Below, in pieces: positions 29,328 through 38,700 of a stretch of DNA of 64,000 nt (the first letter of the stretch is position 1; each line of letters opens with the position of its first letter). The position numbers and the translations under genes are program-made. The DNA is from an uncultured Granulicella sp. (GTDB lineage: Bacteria; Acidobacteriota; Terriglobia; Terriglobales; Acidobacteriaceae), in contig CALMVL010000072.1 of NCBI GenBank assembly GCA_937873265.1, positions 2,557 through 66,556 on the forward strand. The letters run 5' to 3'. Under the pieces are notes generated by a model that saw only the letters and a list, made by a program, of their open reading frames with translations, had not been told where the DNA came from and did no database searches.

Positions 29328-30431
29328 ATGACCTTGGTTTCCACGACACTTTCGCCGAGTTCTTCGCAATTTCCGCCTTTGGACATCCTTTTTGGCAAGA
29401 CCCCGGCCATGCAGACCGTTCGCAACAAACTGGAGCGGGTTGCGGAGACGGATGTTCCGGTGCTGTTTCAGGGCGAGAGTGGAACTGGAAAAGAGATTTG
29501 CGTTCGTTTATTGCACGCGACGTCTTTGCGGGCGAAGGGGGCGCTGGTCAAAGTGAGTTGCCCGGCCATCCCGCATTCCCTGCTGGAAACGGAGCTCTTC
29601 GGGTATGAAAAGGGGGCGTTTACGGGGGCGCTCATCACGAAATTGGGCCGTGTGGAGCAGTCCCACATGGGAACTCTTTTTCTCGATGAGGTGGGAAGTT
29701 TGGATCTAGCTGTTCAGTCCAAGCTGCTTCAAGTCTTGCAGGACGGAACCTTCACGCGAGTCGGTGGGCAGGAAGCACGGTCGATTGCGACTCGGTTGGT
29801 TTCGGTTGCCAACGCCGATCTGCGCACCCAGGTGGATGAGGGAACGTTCCGTCTCGACTTCCTGTACCGCATTAATGCAGTGACCATCAGTCTGCCCCCG
29901 CTCCGGCAGCGTATCTCGGATCTGCCGGTCCTCATTGACTATTTTATTGAGCAATATGCGCGCATGTTTCATCAGACGCCGGAGCTGTTGTCGAAAAGCG
30001 CGATCCGGCTGATGCAGGGGTATCACTGGCCGGGCAATATTCGACAGCTGGAAAATATGGTGCGCAGCTATGTTTTGATCGGAAGCGAGGAGGCGTTGGT
30101 CGCGGAGTTGATGCCGGAGGAGTCGCGGGGCGGCATCACAACAGAACTCGACCTGAGCGAGCCGGTTTCACTCAAGCGGATCACGAAACGGGCGACGCAA
30201 GATCTGGAACGGCAGATCATTTTGAAGGTGTTGCAAGCGAACCATTGGAACCGGCAGAAGACTGCTAAGTGGCTGCAGATGAGTTATCGCTCACTACTCT
30301 ATAAGCTGAGCGAGGTTGGGATGCCGGGAGTTCCGCCACGGCCGATCCGGATGCCGCAGCTCTCAAAGCGCGAGGGAGATGGGGCGGAGCGGGAGGTCCG
30401 TCCCGCGATTGCGCGTCCACGGGCGTTTTAG
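29328..30431 (+). CDS. Sigma-54-dependent enhancer-binding protein without N-terminal sensor domain
   Basis: AAA+ domain begins within ~25 aa; GESGTGKE, ETELFGYEKGAFTGA, LFLDEVG, FRLDFLYRIN, WPGNIRQLEN, HTH WNRQKTAKWLQMSYRSLLYK. Confidence 0.92.
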   Translation: MTLVSTTLSPSSSQFPPLDILFGKTPAMQTVRNKLERVAETDVPVLFQGESGTGKEICVRLLHATSLRAKGALVKVSCPAIPHSLLETELFGYEKGAFTGALITKLGRVEQSHMGTLFLDEVGSLDLAVQSKLLQVLQDGTFTRVGGQEARSIATRLVSVANADLRTQVDEGTFRLDFLYRINAVTISLPPLRQRISDLPVLIDYFIEQYARMFHQTPELLSKSAIRLMQGYHWPGNIRQLENMVRSYVLIGSEEALVAELMPEESRGGITTELDLSEPVSLKRITKRATQDLERQIILKVLQANHWNRQKTAKWLQMSYRSLLYKLSEVGMPGVPPRPIRMPQLSKREGDGAEREVRPAIARPRAF

Positions 30432-30491
30432 TTCGATTTTGCGGTCTGAGCTAAACACGGCGCGGCTGAAAGTGAGGCAACAAAGAGGACG

Positions 30492-31868
30492 TTACTGAGC
30501 TCCCCGGCGGCGCAGGATCGTTTTGACAGTTTCGAACATAATCAGCAGGTCAAGGCTGAGCGACATGTGCTTGATGTAGTAAAGGTCATATTCGAGCTTT
30601 TGTCGTGTTTCCTCCAGTGTGGCGCCATAGCCGTAGCGAACCTGTGCCCATCCGGTGAGGCCCGGTCGGATCATGTGGCGGAGTTCGAAATACGGGATCT
30701 GCTCAACCAGCCAGGGCACGAACTCCGGGCGTTCGGGCCTGGGTCCAACGAAGCCCATGTCTCCGCTGAGCACGTTCCAGAGCTGGGGAACTTCATCAAG
30801 GCGCGTTTTGCGCATCAGCATGCCGAGCCGTGTGACACGGGGATCGTTCTTCGTTGCCCACTTCGCTCCGGCGATCTCGGCGTCTTGCCGCATCGTGCGA
30901 AATTTGACGACCTGGAAGCTCCGCCCGCCCAGGCCAACGCGAGTCTGTCGGAAGAAGATCGGTCCTGGAGAGGAGATCTTTACCAGAAGCATGATGACGG
31001 GAAAGAGGGGAAGGAACAGCAGCAGGCCGATGGCGGCAGCAATCGTCGACGCGATGCGGCGAGCGATCTGCTGAGAGGGCTTGATGCGAAAACCTTCGCT
31101 GTAGATGAAGCTGCTGGGGCGAAGGCCGTCCAGCTGTAGCTTTCCGGAGAGGCGCTCCAGCAGGGTGCCGGCCTCCTCGATAATGACACCATCAAAGCGA
31201 AGTTTGAGGAGTTCGCGAACGGGGAGCGCGCCGCGTCGGTCCTGCAGGGCGACGATAACTCGATCGATCTTGGGTTTTGGACCACGAAAGGATTCAAGAA
31301 TGTCGGCAAAATCCTCACGACTCTCGGAGCGATCTGAGGGGAGGTCGTTCCATCCGATGACCGACATGCCGGCGTCCTTGCGGGAGCGAAGCATTTCGAC
31401 GATGGTTTGCGCTCGTTCCCCAGCGCCGAGCACATAGACGCGTTCGCGAAAGGCGCCCCGGCCGAGGAACCATTCGTAGGCGCTGCGCCAGACGACGAGG
31501 GCGGCGGTGAGGAATGCGAGGCCGAGCAGGAGGACGTAGTGGGCGATGTCCGCGGCCGGAAACAGGTATGTAATCGCGGAGAGAAGAAAGGAGAGAAAGC
31601 CAAGGACGAGCAGCAGGCGGAAGTAGATCTCCCAGCGTTCCGAGATGCGCTGCGGCTCGTAGAGATCGAAGTAGTAGGAGCAGAGCAGCGTAACCGCAGT
31701 CAGGAAGAGAATCTTAAGGGCGCCGTACTCGTAGCTCAGCACCAAGTACGTATCGGGACCAAGGACGAGGGCAGTCGCCAGCAGAAAAGAGCCGCTGACG
31801 ATGAGTGCCTCGCAGAGCAGAAGCACGATGGTTCGGGTTGGGTAATAGACGTTAAACAGTCGAATCAT
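30492..31868 (-). CDS. Priming polyprenyl-phosphate glycosylphosphotransferase, TIGR03013 XrtA/PEP-CTERM type
   Basis: MIRLFNVYYP N-terminus with TMs; KFRTMR, DPRVT, RKTRLDEVPQLWNVLSGDMGFVGPRPERP, RPGLTGWAQV, DLYYIK. Confidence 0.93.
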   Translation of the reverse strand: MIRLFNVYYPTRTIVLLLCEALIVSGSFLLATALVLGPDTYLVLSYEYGALKILFLTAVTLLCSYYFDLYEPQRISERWEIYFRLLLVLGFLSFLLSAITYLFPAADIAHYVLLLGLAFLTAALVVWRSAYEWFLGRGAFRERVYVLGAGERAQTIVEMLRSRKDAGMSVIGWNDLPSDRSESREDFADILESFRGPKPKIDRVIVALQDRRGALPVRELLKLRFDGVIIEEAGTLLERLSGKLQLDGLRPSSFIYSEGFRIKPSQQIARRIASTIAAAIGLLLFLPLFPVIMLLVKISSPGPIFFRQTRVGLGGRSFQVVKFRTMRQDAEIAGAKWATKNDPRVTRLGMLMRKTRLDEVPQLWNVLSGDMGFVGPRPERPEFVPWLVEQIPYFELRHMIRPGLTGWAQVRYGYGATLEETRQKLEYDLYYIKHMSLSLDLLIMFETVKTILRRRGAQ

Positions 31869-32839
31869 GGAAGCGTGCCTGCGTGTGCCTGCTCCTGCCG
31901 GCTATCGTACCCATAGTAGGAGCCGAGCTGGGGAGCTTTCGCAACGGCGTTGAGGACAAACCCGAGGAGATTTGCGGTTTTGAGCTGTGCCTGGGCCTGC
32001 TGCGCGGTGGTGAACTGGGTGACTCCGGAGCGGGCAACGAGCAGAACCCCGTCGGCGGCGCGGGAGTAATTGACAGCGTCGGAAACCGGAAGGACGGGAG
32101 ACGAGTCGATGATGATCCAGTCGAAGACGGCCCCAGCATTCTGAAGAAGTTCCGCAAAGCGCGGGCTGGCAGAAAGATCGGAGGCTCGGTCTCCGCCATC
32201 TCCGCCGGGGATGAGGGTAAGGTTGGCGATCCCGGGCAGGTTTCCCCCGCTTCCATTTTTCGGCGGCGCACAGCGTTGCATTACCTCCTGCATGTCGGCG
32301 CGGTTGGCGAGATAGTCGGCCAGTCCAGGGTGCGGGTCGCAGCCGAGCACCTTGTGCAGTGTGTAACGGCGCATGTCGCCGTCGATCAGGAGCACTCTGC
32401 TGTTGCGGTTGCGAGCCAAGCTGAGGGCGAGATTGGTCGCGACAAAGCTTTTGCCCTCCTGGGGCAGACCGCTGCTAATCAGGATGGACCGCATTGGCTT
32501 GATGTCGCGGAGCTCATAAATGCGGGAGCGGAGACTGCGGAACTGTTCGACTGCGGGGCCGCGCTCGAGCAGAGCGGGGAGCGCGGCGAGGTTCGGATCC
32601 CAGGGGCGGGCGCACACAGCGTCGACGTCCAGACCGAGAGGGGAATGGAAGGTCTCCGGAATAGGGAGCGGAGCAGAGGGAAAAGAGTCGTTCTCGAGTT
32701 CTGGCTCGGGCTCCGCGAGAGCGAGAGCGGCGGCGGCTCGTGCGTGGTAGCCACGAGTGGGCTCTTCGCGAGTGGGCAGAGAGCTTCCTGAGGCTCTTTC
32801 GGATTCTGCTTTCTGGAGTGCTTCGTAGATGCGGCTCAT
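31865..32839 (-). CDS. CpsD/CapB-family BY tyrosine kinase
   Basis: MSRIYEALQKAE, EQFRSLRS, QEGKSFVATNLA, LLIDGD, IIIDSSP, C-terminal Tyr cluster SYYGY. Confidence 0.92.
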   Translation of the reverse strand: MSRIYEALQKAESERASGSSLPTREEPTRGYHARAAAALALAEPEPELENDSFPSAPLPIPETFHSPLGLDVDAVCARPWDPNLAALPALLERGPAVEQFRSLRSRIYELRDIKPMRSILISSGLPQEGKSFVATNLALSLARNRNSRVLLIDGDMRRYTLHKVLGCDPHPGLADYLANRADMQEVMQRCAPPKNGSGGNLPGIANLTLIPGGDGGDRASDLSASPRFAELLQNAGAVFDWIIIDSSPVLPVSDAVNYSRAADGVLLVARSGVTQFTTAQQAQAQLKTANLLGFVLNAVAKAPQLGSYYGYDSRQEQAHAGTLP

Positions 32840-33783
32840 CGTTCGCGCCTTCCCGTCAGTTCATTTCCTTGCACTGCTGCAAAGGCCGTTGGCTCGGCCA
32901 CGAGGGGGCGCGGGGAGCCGGTGGGTATGCCGTTCATGGCGGCAGGAGAGAGCAGGAAGGGCTGCGACTCGAGTTCGAGTTCGGCTGCCACTCCCTCGAC
33001 AACCTTGGGGGAAATCTGCTGGAGCTGTTCCACATAGCCAACGATGAGGGCATGCTCACAGAGCAGATTGATGATGCGCGGAATGCCTCGGCTGTAGCGG
33101 TGAACGGCGTCGAGGGCTTCCGGTGTGAACAGGGTCCAGGTGGCCCCGGCGATGCGGAGCCGCTCGGCGACGTAGGCACGGGTCTGGACTTCGGTGAGCG
33201 GCTGGGTTCGGCACCAGAGGGCAACGCGTTGGCGGAGCTGGCGCACGGAGGGGTGCCGCAGTTTCTCCTCGAGTTCCGGCTGACCGGAGAGAACAATCTG
33301 GAGCAATTTTTCGGAGCTGGTCTCGAGGTTCGTCAGAAGCCGGATCTCTTCGAGCAGTTCCCAGGAGAGGTTCTGCGCTTCATCGACGACGACAACGCAG
33401 GTGTCCTGCATGCGGAACCGCTCGATAAGCCATCGGTTGAGCTGAAGAAGCATGCCGGACTTGGTGCGCGAGGTAGGGGTGAGGCCGAAGTCGCTGAGCA
33501 CGAACTCGAGAAAATCAAGCGGCTCGAGCAGGGGATTGAAAACAAAGGCAGTCGAGACCCGGCGCGCCTGGAACGAAGCGAGGGCGCGGCGAAGCAGGGT
33601 TGTTTTGCCGGTGCCAACCTCTCCGGTGAGCACGGTGAAACCCTTGCGCGCGGAGATGCCATACTCCAGGCAGGCAAGGGCCTCGCGCGTGTGCGGCATC
33701 ATGTAGAGGAAACGCGGGTCGGGGCTGGTGCCGAAAGGGCTGCTTTCGAGTTTGTAAAAGCTGTTGTACATGGGTTTAGGCAC
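32836..33783 (-). CDS. ExeA/GspA-like AAA ATPase (TIGR03015-like, XrtA-associated)
   Basis: PFGTSPDPRFLY, TGEVGTGKTT, VVDEAQNL, LEEIRLLTN, SGQPEL, GIPRIINLLC. Confidence 0.92.
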   Translation of the reverse strand: MPKPMYNSFYKLESSPFGTSPDPRFLYMMPHTREALACLEYGISARKGFTVLTGEVGTGKTTLLRRALASFQARRVSTAFVFNPLLEPLDFLEFVLSDFGLTPTSRTKSGMLLQLNRWLIERFRMQDTCVVVVDEAQNLSWELLEEIRLLTNLETSSEKLLQIVLSGQPELEEKLRHPSVRQLRQRVALWCRTQPLTEVQTRAYVAERLRIAGATWTLFTPEALDAVHRYSRGIPRIINLLCEHALIVGYVEQLQQISPKVVEGVAAELELESQPFLLSPAAMNGIPTGSPRPLVAEPTAFAAVQGNELTGRRER

Positions 33784-35362
33784 CTGCGCTCAGGGGTTTT
33801 CCGCTGACGGATGTCTGCTTCCCACGCTTCCAGAACCGAAGTCTGGAGGTGCGGGCTCCACCACCGTCCGGAGCAGGCTGGGCGGCGGCTCCGTCGTTGA
33901 GCGAGAGGATGGCGAGGGTGGGAAGCTTGGTGAAGGCCCAGAGATCGCGCTCGCTGCGAATGACGGTATCACGGTATTCGAGAAGAGCAATGATGCCAAG
34001 ACCGAGTGCAAGGCCAAAGAGGAGACCTCCTGTGGCGAAGACGCTCCGTTTGGGAAAGGCCGGCGAATCGGGCAGGTTGGGCTCGTCCATGATGCGGAAC
34101 TGCTCGCCCTGCTGTCGTTTTTCGAGATCGACGGCCATCTTTGCCTGCTGGCTCTGCTTGAGCAGGTCGTCGTAGAGCTGTTGTGAGGTTTGGTGATCGC
34201 GGGTGATGTTGGCGTATTCCTGTTGAACGGCGGGACTCGAGGAGATGCGGTCCTGGTACATATGGATCTGGCTCTGGATGCCGGCCTGGTCCCGCCTCTT
34301 CTGAAGAATGCCCTGGTCGGTGGCGTTGAGGGAGGCGCGCAGCTGCTGCACGGCTACCGGTTCATTGCGGGGCACAGCCGCGCTCGGGGTGGACGCGGCT
34401 GGAGCGGGGGCGGGCGCCTGCGCCATCTGTTTGCGGAGCTCGGCGATCTTGCGGTCGACGGCGACGACGTCCGGGTAATCGGCAGTGTAGCGATTGGTCA
34501 GGTCCGCCTTCTGCGCGAGGAGATTCTGCAGCTCAAGCTGTTTCTCCTGAGGGGCGGCGCGCTGCTCTCCCGCCGGCCCTGTTGCAGGCGGGAGATCGCG
34601 GGACTGCTGGAACTGTTGGGACTGCTGCGCGAGCATGGACGCCATATAGCTGCGATCCTGTTCCATGCGCGTGAGCGCCTGGGTGGCGGCGTCGAGTTGG
34701 GTGTTGAGGCTTTGCAGCATGCCCATGTTGGCGGAGTCTTCGCCTGGAAGTCTGCCGACATAGGTCTGCTGGAATTTTGCGAGCTTGGCGTCCTGATCGT
34801 CGAGGTTGCGCTTGGCGTCGTTAAGCTGCTGCTTCAGGAAAGCAGTGGTCCCTTCTGCGGAATCCTGCTGATCGGTGTTGCTTTGATTGATAAACAGCGA
34901 GGTGATGTCGGCGCAGACGAGTTGCGCGGTGTGGGCGTCGCTTGCCTTGAAGGAGATGAAGAATCCAGGCAGGCCACCGGCGCGCGCGACCTCCGACTGA
35001 ATCGGCTTGATGTCGATGTTTTTGCGGGTTGCGTCGATGCGGTCGTCCATGGAGATATGTCCGCCGCCGTACAGGTTGTATTTTTCAATGATTGGCTGGA
35101 GCCGTGAGCGGCTTAGAATTTGCTCTTTCATCGAGGCGAGACGGCTGTTGAGGTCTTCGGTCACGACGGGCATGACGTACTTCTCAGGGACCTTTTGTTG
35201 CTCGATCAGAACAAGGGTCTGCGAGACGTACTGGGGCGAGAGCAGATAGCTGCACGCGAAGGCGATAACAGGAAAGAGGATCCCAGGGATCAGGATGATC
35301 CAGCTGCGCCGCTTGAGGATGGTGAAGTAATCTTCGCGGGTGAGTGGCCGATGACCGAGCAT
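33776..35362 (-). CDS. Polysaccharide co-polymerase/chain-length determinant (Wzz/GumC)
   Basis: N- and C-terminal TMs flanking a coiled coil; ILSRSRL, YTADYPDV, GEQFRIMDEPNLP; AAGGAG RBS. Confidence 0.92.
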   Translation of the reverse strand: MLGHRPLTREDYFTILKRRSWIILIPGILFPVIAFACSYLLSPQYVSQTLVLIEQQKVPEKYVMPVVTEDLNSRLASMKEQILSRSRLQPIIEKYNLYGGGHISMDDRIDATRKNIDIKPIQSEVARAGGLPGFFISFKASDAHTAQLVCADITSLFINQSNTDQQDSAEGTTAFLKQQLNDAKRNLDDQDAKLAKFQQTYVGRLPGEDSANMGMLQSLNTQLDAATQALTRMEQDRSYMASMLAQQSQQFQQSRDLPPATGPAGEQRAAPQEKQLELQNLLAQKADLTNRYTADYPDVVAVDRKIAELRKQMAQAPAPAPAASTPSAAVPRNEPVAVQQLRASLNATDQGILQKRRDQAGIQSQIHMYQDRISSSPAVQQEYANITRDHQTSQQLYDDLLKQSQQAKMAVDLEKRQQGEQFRIMDEPNLPDSPAFPKRSVFATGGLLFGLALGLGIIALLEYRDTVIRSERDLWAFTKLPTLAILSLNDGAAAQPAPDGGGARTSRLRFWKRGKQTSVSGKPLSAGA

Positions 35363-35371
35363 TACGACTCC

Positions 35372-36697
35372 TTAGAACTGACCGAGACGGGTGGCTCGCG
35401 GACTGAACGAGACACCGATCCCGAAGGCGTTTGAGAGGCCGCTGAGCGCGGCGGAGTTGAGTCCGGGCGCGTTGCTCAGGGATTGATCTTGAGCGGTGTA
35501 GCTGACGAAGCCAGAGAGAGTATCGGTAAAGCGACGCGAGAGCTGAACGCCGGAATACTCGCTCGAGATGGTGCCGCTGGAGAAGTACGGTGACAGCAGG
35601 GGATTGTCGTTGATGGCGGCTCCGCCCTGCGAAAGTCCGCTGTTGTGGAAGTAGGTTTGTGAAAGACCCAACGCCCAGCCGCGGCCGAAGTTGCGTCCAT
35701 AAACGGCCTGGACGCCGGTGGACAGGGCTCCGGGTTGAGCGCCGGAGCCACCGTTGACGCCGCGTGTGAAGTGAACGCTGAGAGTGGTTGCATTGCGAGC
35801 GTAGGCGATGCCGGCATCGGCGGAGACGTCGAGTCGCGAGGGGATCGCGAGCGATGCCGAACTGCTAACCCAGAGCGGGCCCGCGGACGCATCTGCCGTG
35901 AGGTTTCGGGTGAGGCGTCGGGAGAAGCCCGCGGTCAGGCCCTTGCTAATGAACGAGGAAGAGCCGGGGAAGGAGAAGACGGAGTAGTTGGCGCTGAGTG
36001 TGCCGCTGTCCCGAGCGTCAAACTGGTGCGTGAGGGATGCGCCGGCGACAATCTGTGTACTGTCGAGCCCGTAACCTCCCAAGAAGCGCAGAATTCCGTA
36101 GCTGCCGGTGCCGCTGAGGGAGGTGTTCGCGTCCAGGTGCCGCGAGACCTGACCACTGACGGAGTTGCTCACACGTGAGCTGTCGGTGGCGAGGACGTCT
36201 TGCGCGGGCTCATCTCCCGTGGAAACGGGCTGGGAGCCCAGGTCCCCTGTGCCGGGGACGCCGGAGAGGCCGACGGTCGGCGACGAGGGCAGATAGCTGA
36301 CCGAATCCGATGCTTCAAAACTCCAGCCGCGCGTGTTGAAGCCTTGCGCGAGCGTGAGGCTCTGGAAGAAGGTTGTGGATTCGCTGCTCTGATTGCTGAT
36401 CAGCACCCCTCCGGCGTAAACGGCAGAGAAGGGCCGGGCAGCGTTCTTGGTGTTATAGATGACGTCGCCCGAGAGATTGGTGCTGTAGTAGAGGTTGCTG
36501 TTTGCGCCGTACCCGGTCTGGATAATCTCGGAGGCATTGAGGGCATAGTCAAGCTGGCCGTCGATCAAAGGAAGCGATCGCAAAGGCTGGAAGGGTGTGG
36601 GCGTAGCCGTGGCTGTGGGTACGGCCTGGGCGCCCGCGGAGGACGCGAGGCAAAGAACGGCCGAAAGTAAACGAACGTGTTGCACGGGAGATCTCAT
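35372..36697 (-). CDS. Putative outer-membrane beta-barrel of the EPS export system
   Basis: Signal peptide; alternating amphipathic beta-strand pattern rich in S/G/Y; terminal strand FGIGVSF; lies between wza and wzz. Confidence 0.7.
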   Translation of the reverse strand: MRSPVQHVRLLSAVLCLASSAGAQAVPTATATPTPFQPLRSLPLIDGQLDYALNASEIIQTGYGANSNLYYSTNLSGDVIYNTKNAARPFSAVYAGGVLISNQSSESTTFFQSLTLAQGFNTRGWSFEASDSVSYLPSSPTVGLSGVPGTGDLGSQPVSTGDEPAQDVLATDSSRVSNSVSGQVSRHLDANTSLSGTGSYGILRFLGGYGLDSTQIVAGASLTHQFDARDSGTLSANYSVFSFPGSSSFISKGLTAGFSRRLTRNLTADASAGPLWVSSSASLAIPSRLDVSADAGIAYARNATTLSVHFTRGVNGGSGAQPGALSTGVQAVYGRNFGRGWALGLSQTYFHNSGLSQGGAAINDNPLLSPYFSSGTISSEYSGVQLSRRFTDTLSGFVSYTAQDQSLSNAPGLNSAALSGLSNAFGIGVSFSPRATRLGQF

Positions 36698-37446
36698 GGG
36701 ACCACAACGGTATCACCGGGCTGAAGCAGGATGTCCTGCCGGCTATCCCCTTTGAGCGCCTGTTTGTAGTTGAAGAAGATTTTTTGCTCGTGCCCCTTCG
36801 CTCCGCGCAGAATATAGATGCGCTTGGAATGCGCGAAGGTCGTGAGGCCGCCCGCGGCAGAGATAGCCTGGAGCAGAGTCATTTCAGAGCCGAGGTTAAG
36901 CGGGCCGACCTTGTTGACCTCACCGACGAAGTAGGCTCTTCGGCTATTCACGCCCGTCACGAGTACGGAAACGATCGGGTCCTGGATGTACTTCTTGAGC
37001 CTGCCTGTGATGTCGCTGGTTAACTGCGTGGGCGTGTTGCCGGCTGCGGGGAGATCGCCCAGCAGCACCATCGAGATCATGCCGTCGGGACGAACGGGGA
37101 CGGTTCCGCTGAGCGTCGGTTCCTTCCAGACGGTAATCTGCAGATTGTCTTCCGGGCCGATGATGTAGTGAGTCGGGTCCACTCCCGGCGGGGTGGCGGC
37201 GGCGGAAAGCGGTTGGCTGCTCGCGGGAGCGGGGACTGTTGGCGACTGGGTGGGAACCGTCGCGACCGGAGCGGGGGCTGGGGAAACGGCGGGCGCGGGC
37301 GCGGTATTCTGCTGCGCATAGACCGGAGCGAAGGAAAAGAAGAGGGCGGCGACCGCAGAGACATAGGAACCGCAGTGCAGGACTGGCGCGTCGGAGAATC
37401 GAGCTTTGCTGGCGAGGCGTCGCCGGTGGAATTCCAGAGAGTGCAT
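36694..37446 (-). CDS. Polysaccharide export protein (Wza/OPX, short form); start approximate
   Basis: YIIGPEDNLQITVW, VRPDGMIS, VGEVNK, LQAISAAGG, LQPGDTVVVP; signal-like segment ending VYA-Q, then a Pro/Ala linker. Confidence 0.9.
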   Translation of the reverse strand: MHSLEFHRRRLASKARFSDAPVLHCGSYVSAVAALFFSFAPVYAQQNTAPAPAVSPAPAPVATVPTQSPTVPAPASSQPLSAAATPPGVDPTHYIIGPEDNLQITVWKEPTLSGTVPVRPDGMISMVLLGDLPAAGNTPTQLTSDITGRLKKYIQDPIVSVLVTGVNSRRAYFVGEVNKVGPLNLGSEMTLLQAISAAGGLTTFAHSKRIYILRGAKGHEQKIFFNYKQALKGDSRQDILLQPGDTVVVP

Positions 37447-37507
37447 GGCCAAAATCCTATACCGTCCCGACTTGCGCATTGCTGTTTGTGCAAGGCGCTG
37501 CGGCTTA

Positions 37508-37523
37508 TGGTCGTGCGTTTGCA
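37508..37523 (+). promoter_or_regulatory. Candidate sigma-54 promoter of the exosortase operon
   Basis: TGGTCGTGCGTTTGCA: GG at 37509-10 and GC at 37521-22 (TTGCA -12 element), canonical spacing, ~205 nt upstream of ATG 37729. Confidence 0.45.
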
Positions 37524-37728
37524 CACACGTGGTGAACCCAAGTATAGGGGCTGTGTCTCGGAGTTTGTTACGCGGCATGTACAACTTAAGTGTGCAAACA
37601 GGCAACAGTTTGGCGCGAACATACGGGTACGCGCAGGGTATACTTCCGGTCTGTCCTCGCATGCCGGCGAAGCGTTGTTGCACAATGTTTCGCAAGGGGG
37701 AAGCGCGAGGCAGGTAAGGAAATGCATA

Positions 37729-38700
37729 ATGGCCATCACAGCAGGCGGTCTTCCGGCCACCTCTTCCATTGAGGTCGGCGAAAATCCGATAACGGCAGGT
37801 GGGCGAGTTTCCGCGCCTGCCGGGCAGCCCGGTGTGGGCGAACGGAGTGGCCGCCCCAACTCGGTTCTGCATCATTGGGCCCCGATCGCGATGATCGTTG
37901 TGCTGCTTGCGGCGATGTACTTCCGGATCGCGGCGAAGCTGGTGACGGACTGGTATGAGATCCCGGATTTTTCGCACGGATTTCTGGTTCCGTTCTTTGC
38001 TGCGTTTCTGGTCTGGGATCGACGGAAGGTGCTGGGGGCTGTTCCGCTGCGGCAGAGCTGGGCGGGCATTCCCCTGATTGTGTTTGCCCTGGCGATCCTG
38101 TTCGTTGGCGTCTATGGAGCGGAGCTGTTCTCGTCGCGGCTCTCCTTTATTCTGCTCACCGCCGGTCTGATCTGGACGTTCTTCGGATCGCGGATGCTGC
38201 GCGAGCTATGGTTTCCGCTCGCTGTTCTTCTGCTCGCGATCCCCATCCCCGCGATCCTGTTCAATCGCATCACATTTCCGCTGCAGCTGATGGCGTCCGA
38301 GGTTGCGAGCAACGTGCTGCCCATGCTCGGTGTACCGGTGCTGCGCGACGGCAACGTCATTCAGCTGCCGATCATGCGGCTGGAGGTCGCGGAGGCATGC
38401 AGCGGGATTCGGTCGTTGATGAGCCTGTTTACGCTTTCCGTGTTCTACGGCTACTTTACCGAGCGAACAACGGCACGGCGATGGATTCTGGCGCTGGCCA
38501 GCATTCCCATTGCCGTAACCGCGAATGTTGCGCGCATTGTGGGAACCGGGCTCTGCGTACAGTACTGGGACCCGTCGAAGGCGGTCGGGTTCTTTCATGA
38601 ATTTTCTGGCTGGGTGATGTTTCTGGTATCGCTCGGCTGCCTGTACTTTGTGCATCGCGCGATGGAGTTGATTCCGGTACGAAGGGCGGCGACGGTATGA
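37729..38700 (+). CDS. Exosortase (EpsH/XrtA family)
   Basis: FSHGFLVP, LLAIPIP, FPLQ, GVPVLRDGN, catalytic Cys VAEACSGIRS, Arg ANVARI, His FFHEFSG; multi-TM; TAAGGA RBS. Confidence 0.93.
   Translation: MAITAGGLPATSSIEVGENPITAGGRVSAPAGQPGVGERSGRPNSVLHHWAPIAMIVVLLAAMYFRIAAKLVTDWYEIPDFSHGFLVPFFAAFLVWDRRKVLGAVPLRQSWAGIPLIVFALAILFVGVYGAELFSSRLSFILLTAGLIWTFFGSRMLRELWFPLAVLLLAIPIPAILFNRITFPLQLMASEVASNVLPMLGVPVLRDGNVIQLPIMRLEVAEACSGIRSLMSLFTLSVFYGYFTERTTARRWILALASIPIAVTANVARIVGTGLCVQYWDPSKAVGFFHEFSGWVMFLVSLGCLYFVHRAMELIPVRRAATV

Noticed and set aside
32836-33783. ExeA ATPase as evidence of a type II secretion system or transposon (TnsC/IstB)
   Set aside because: No gsp or transposase genes nearby; this ATPase family is a known member of XrtA EPS loci.
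36694-38700. Extended overlapping N-termini of Wza (to 37977) and exosortase (from 37168)
   Set aside because: ORF-caller extensions; family-like sequence starts near 37446 or later and at 37729, leaving a divergent intergenic region.
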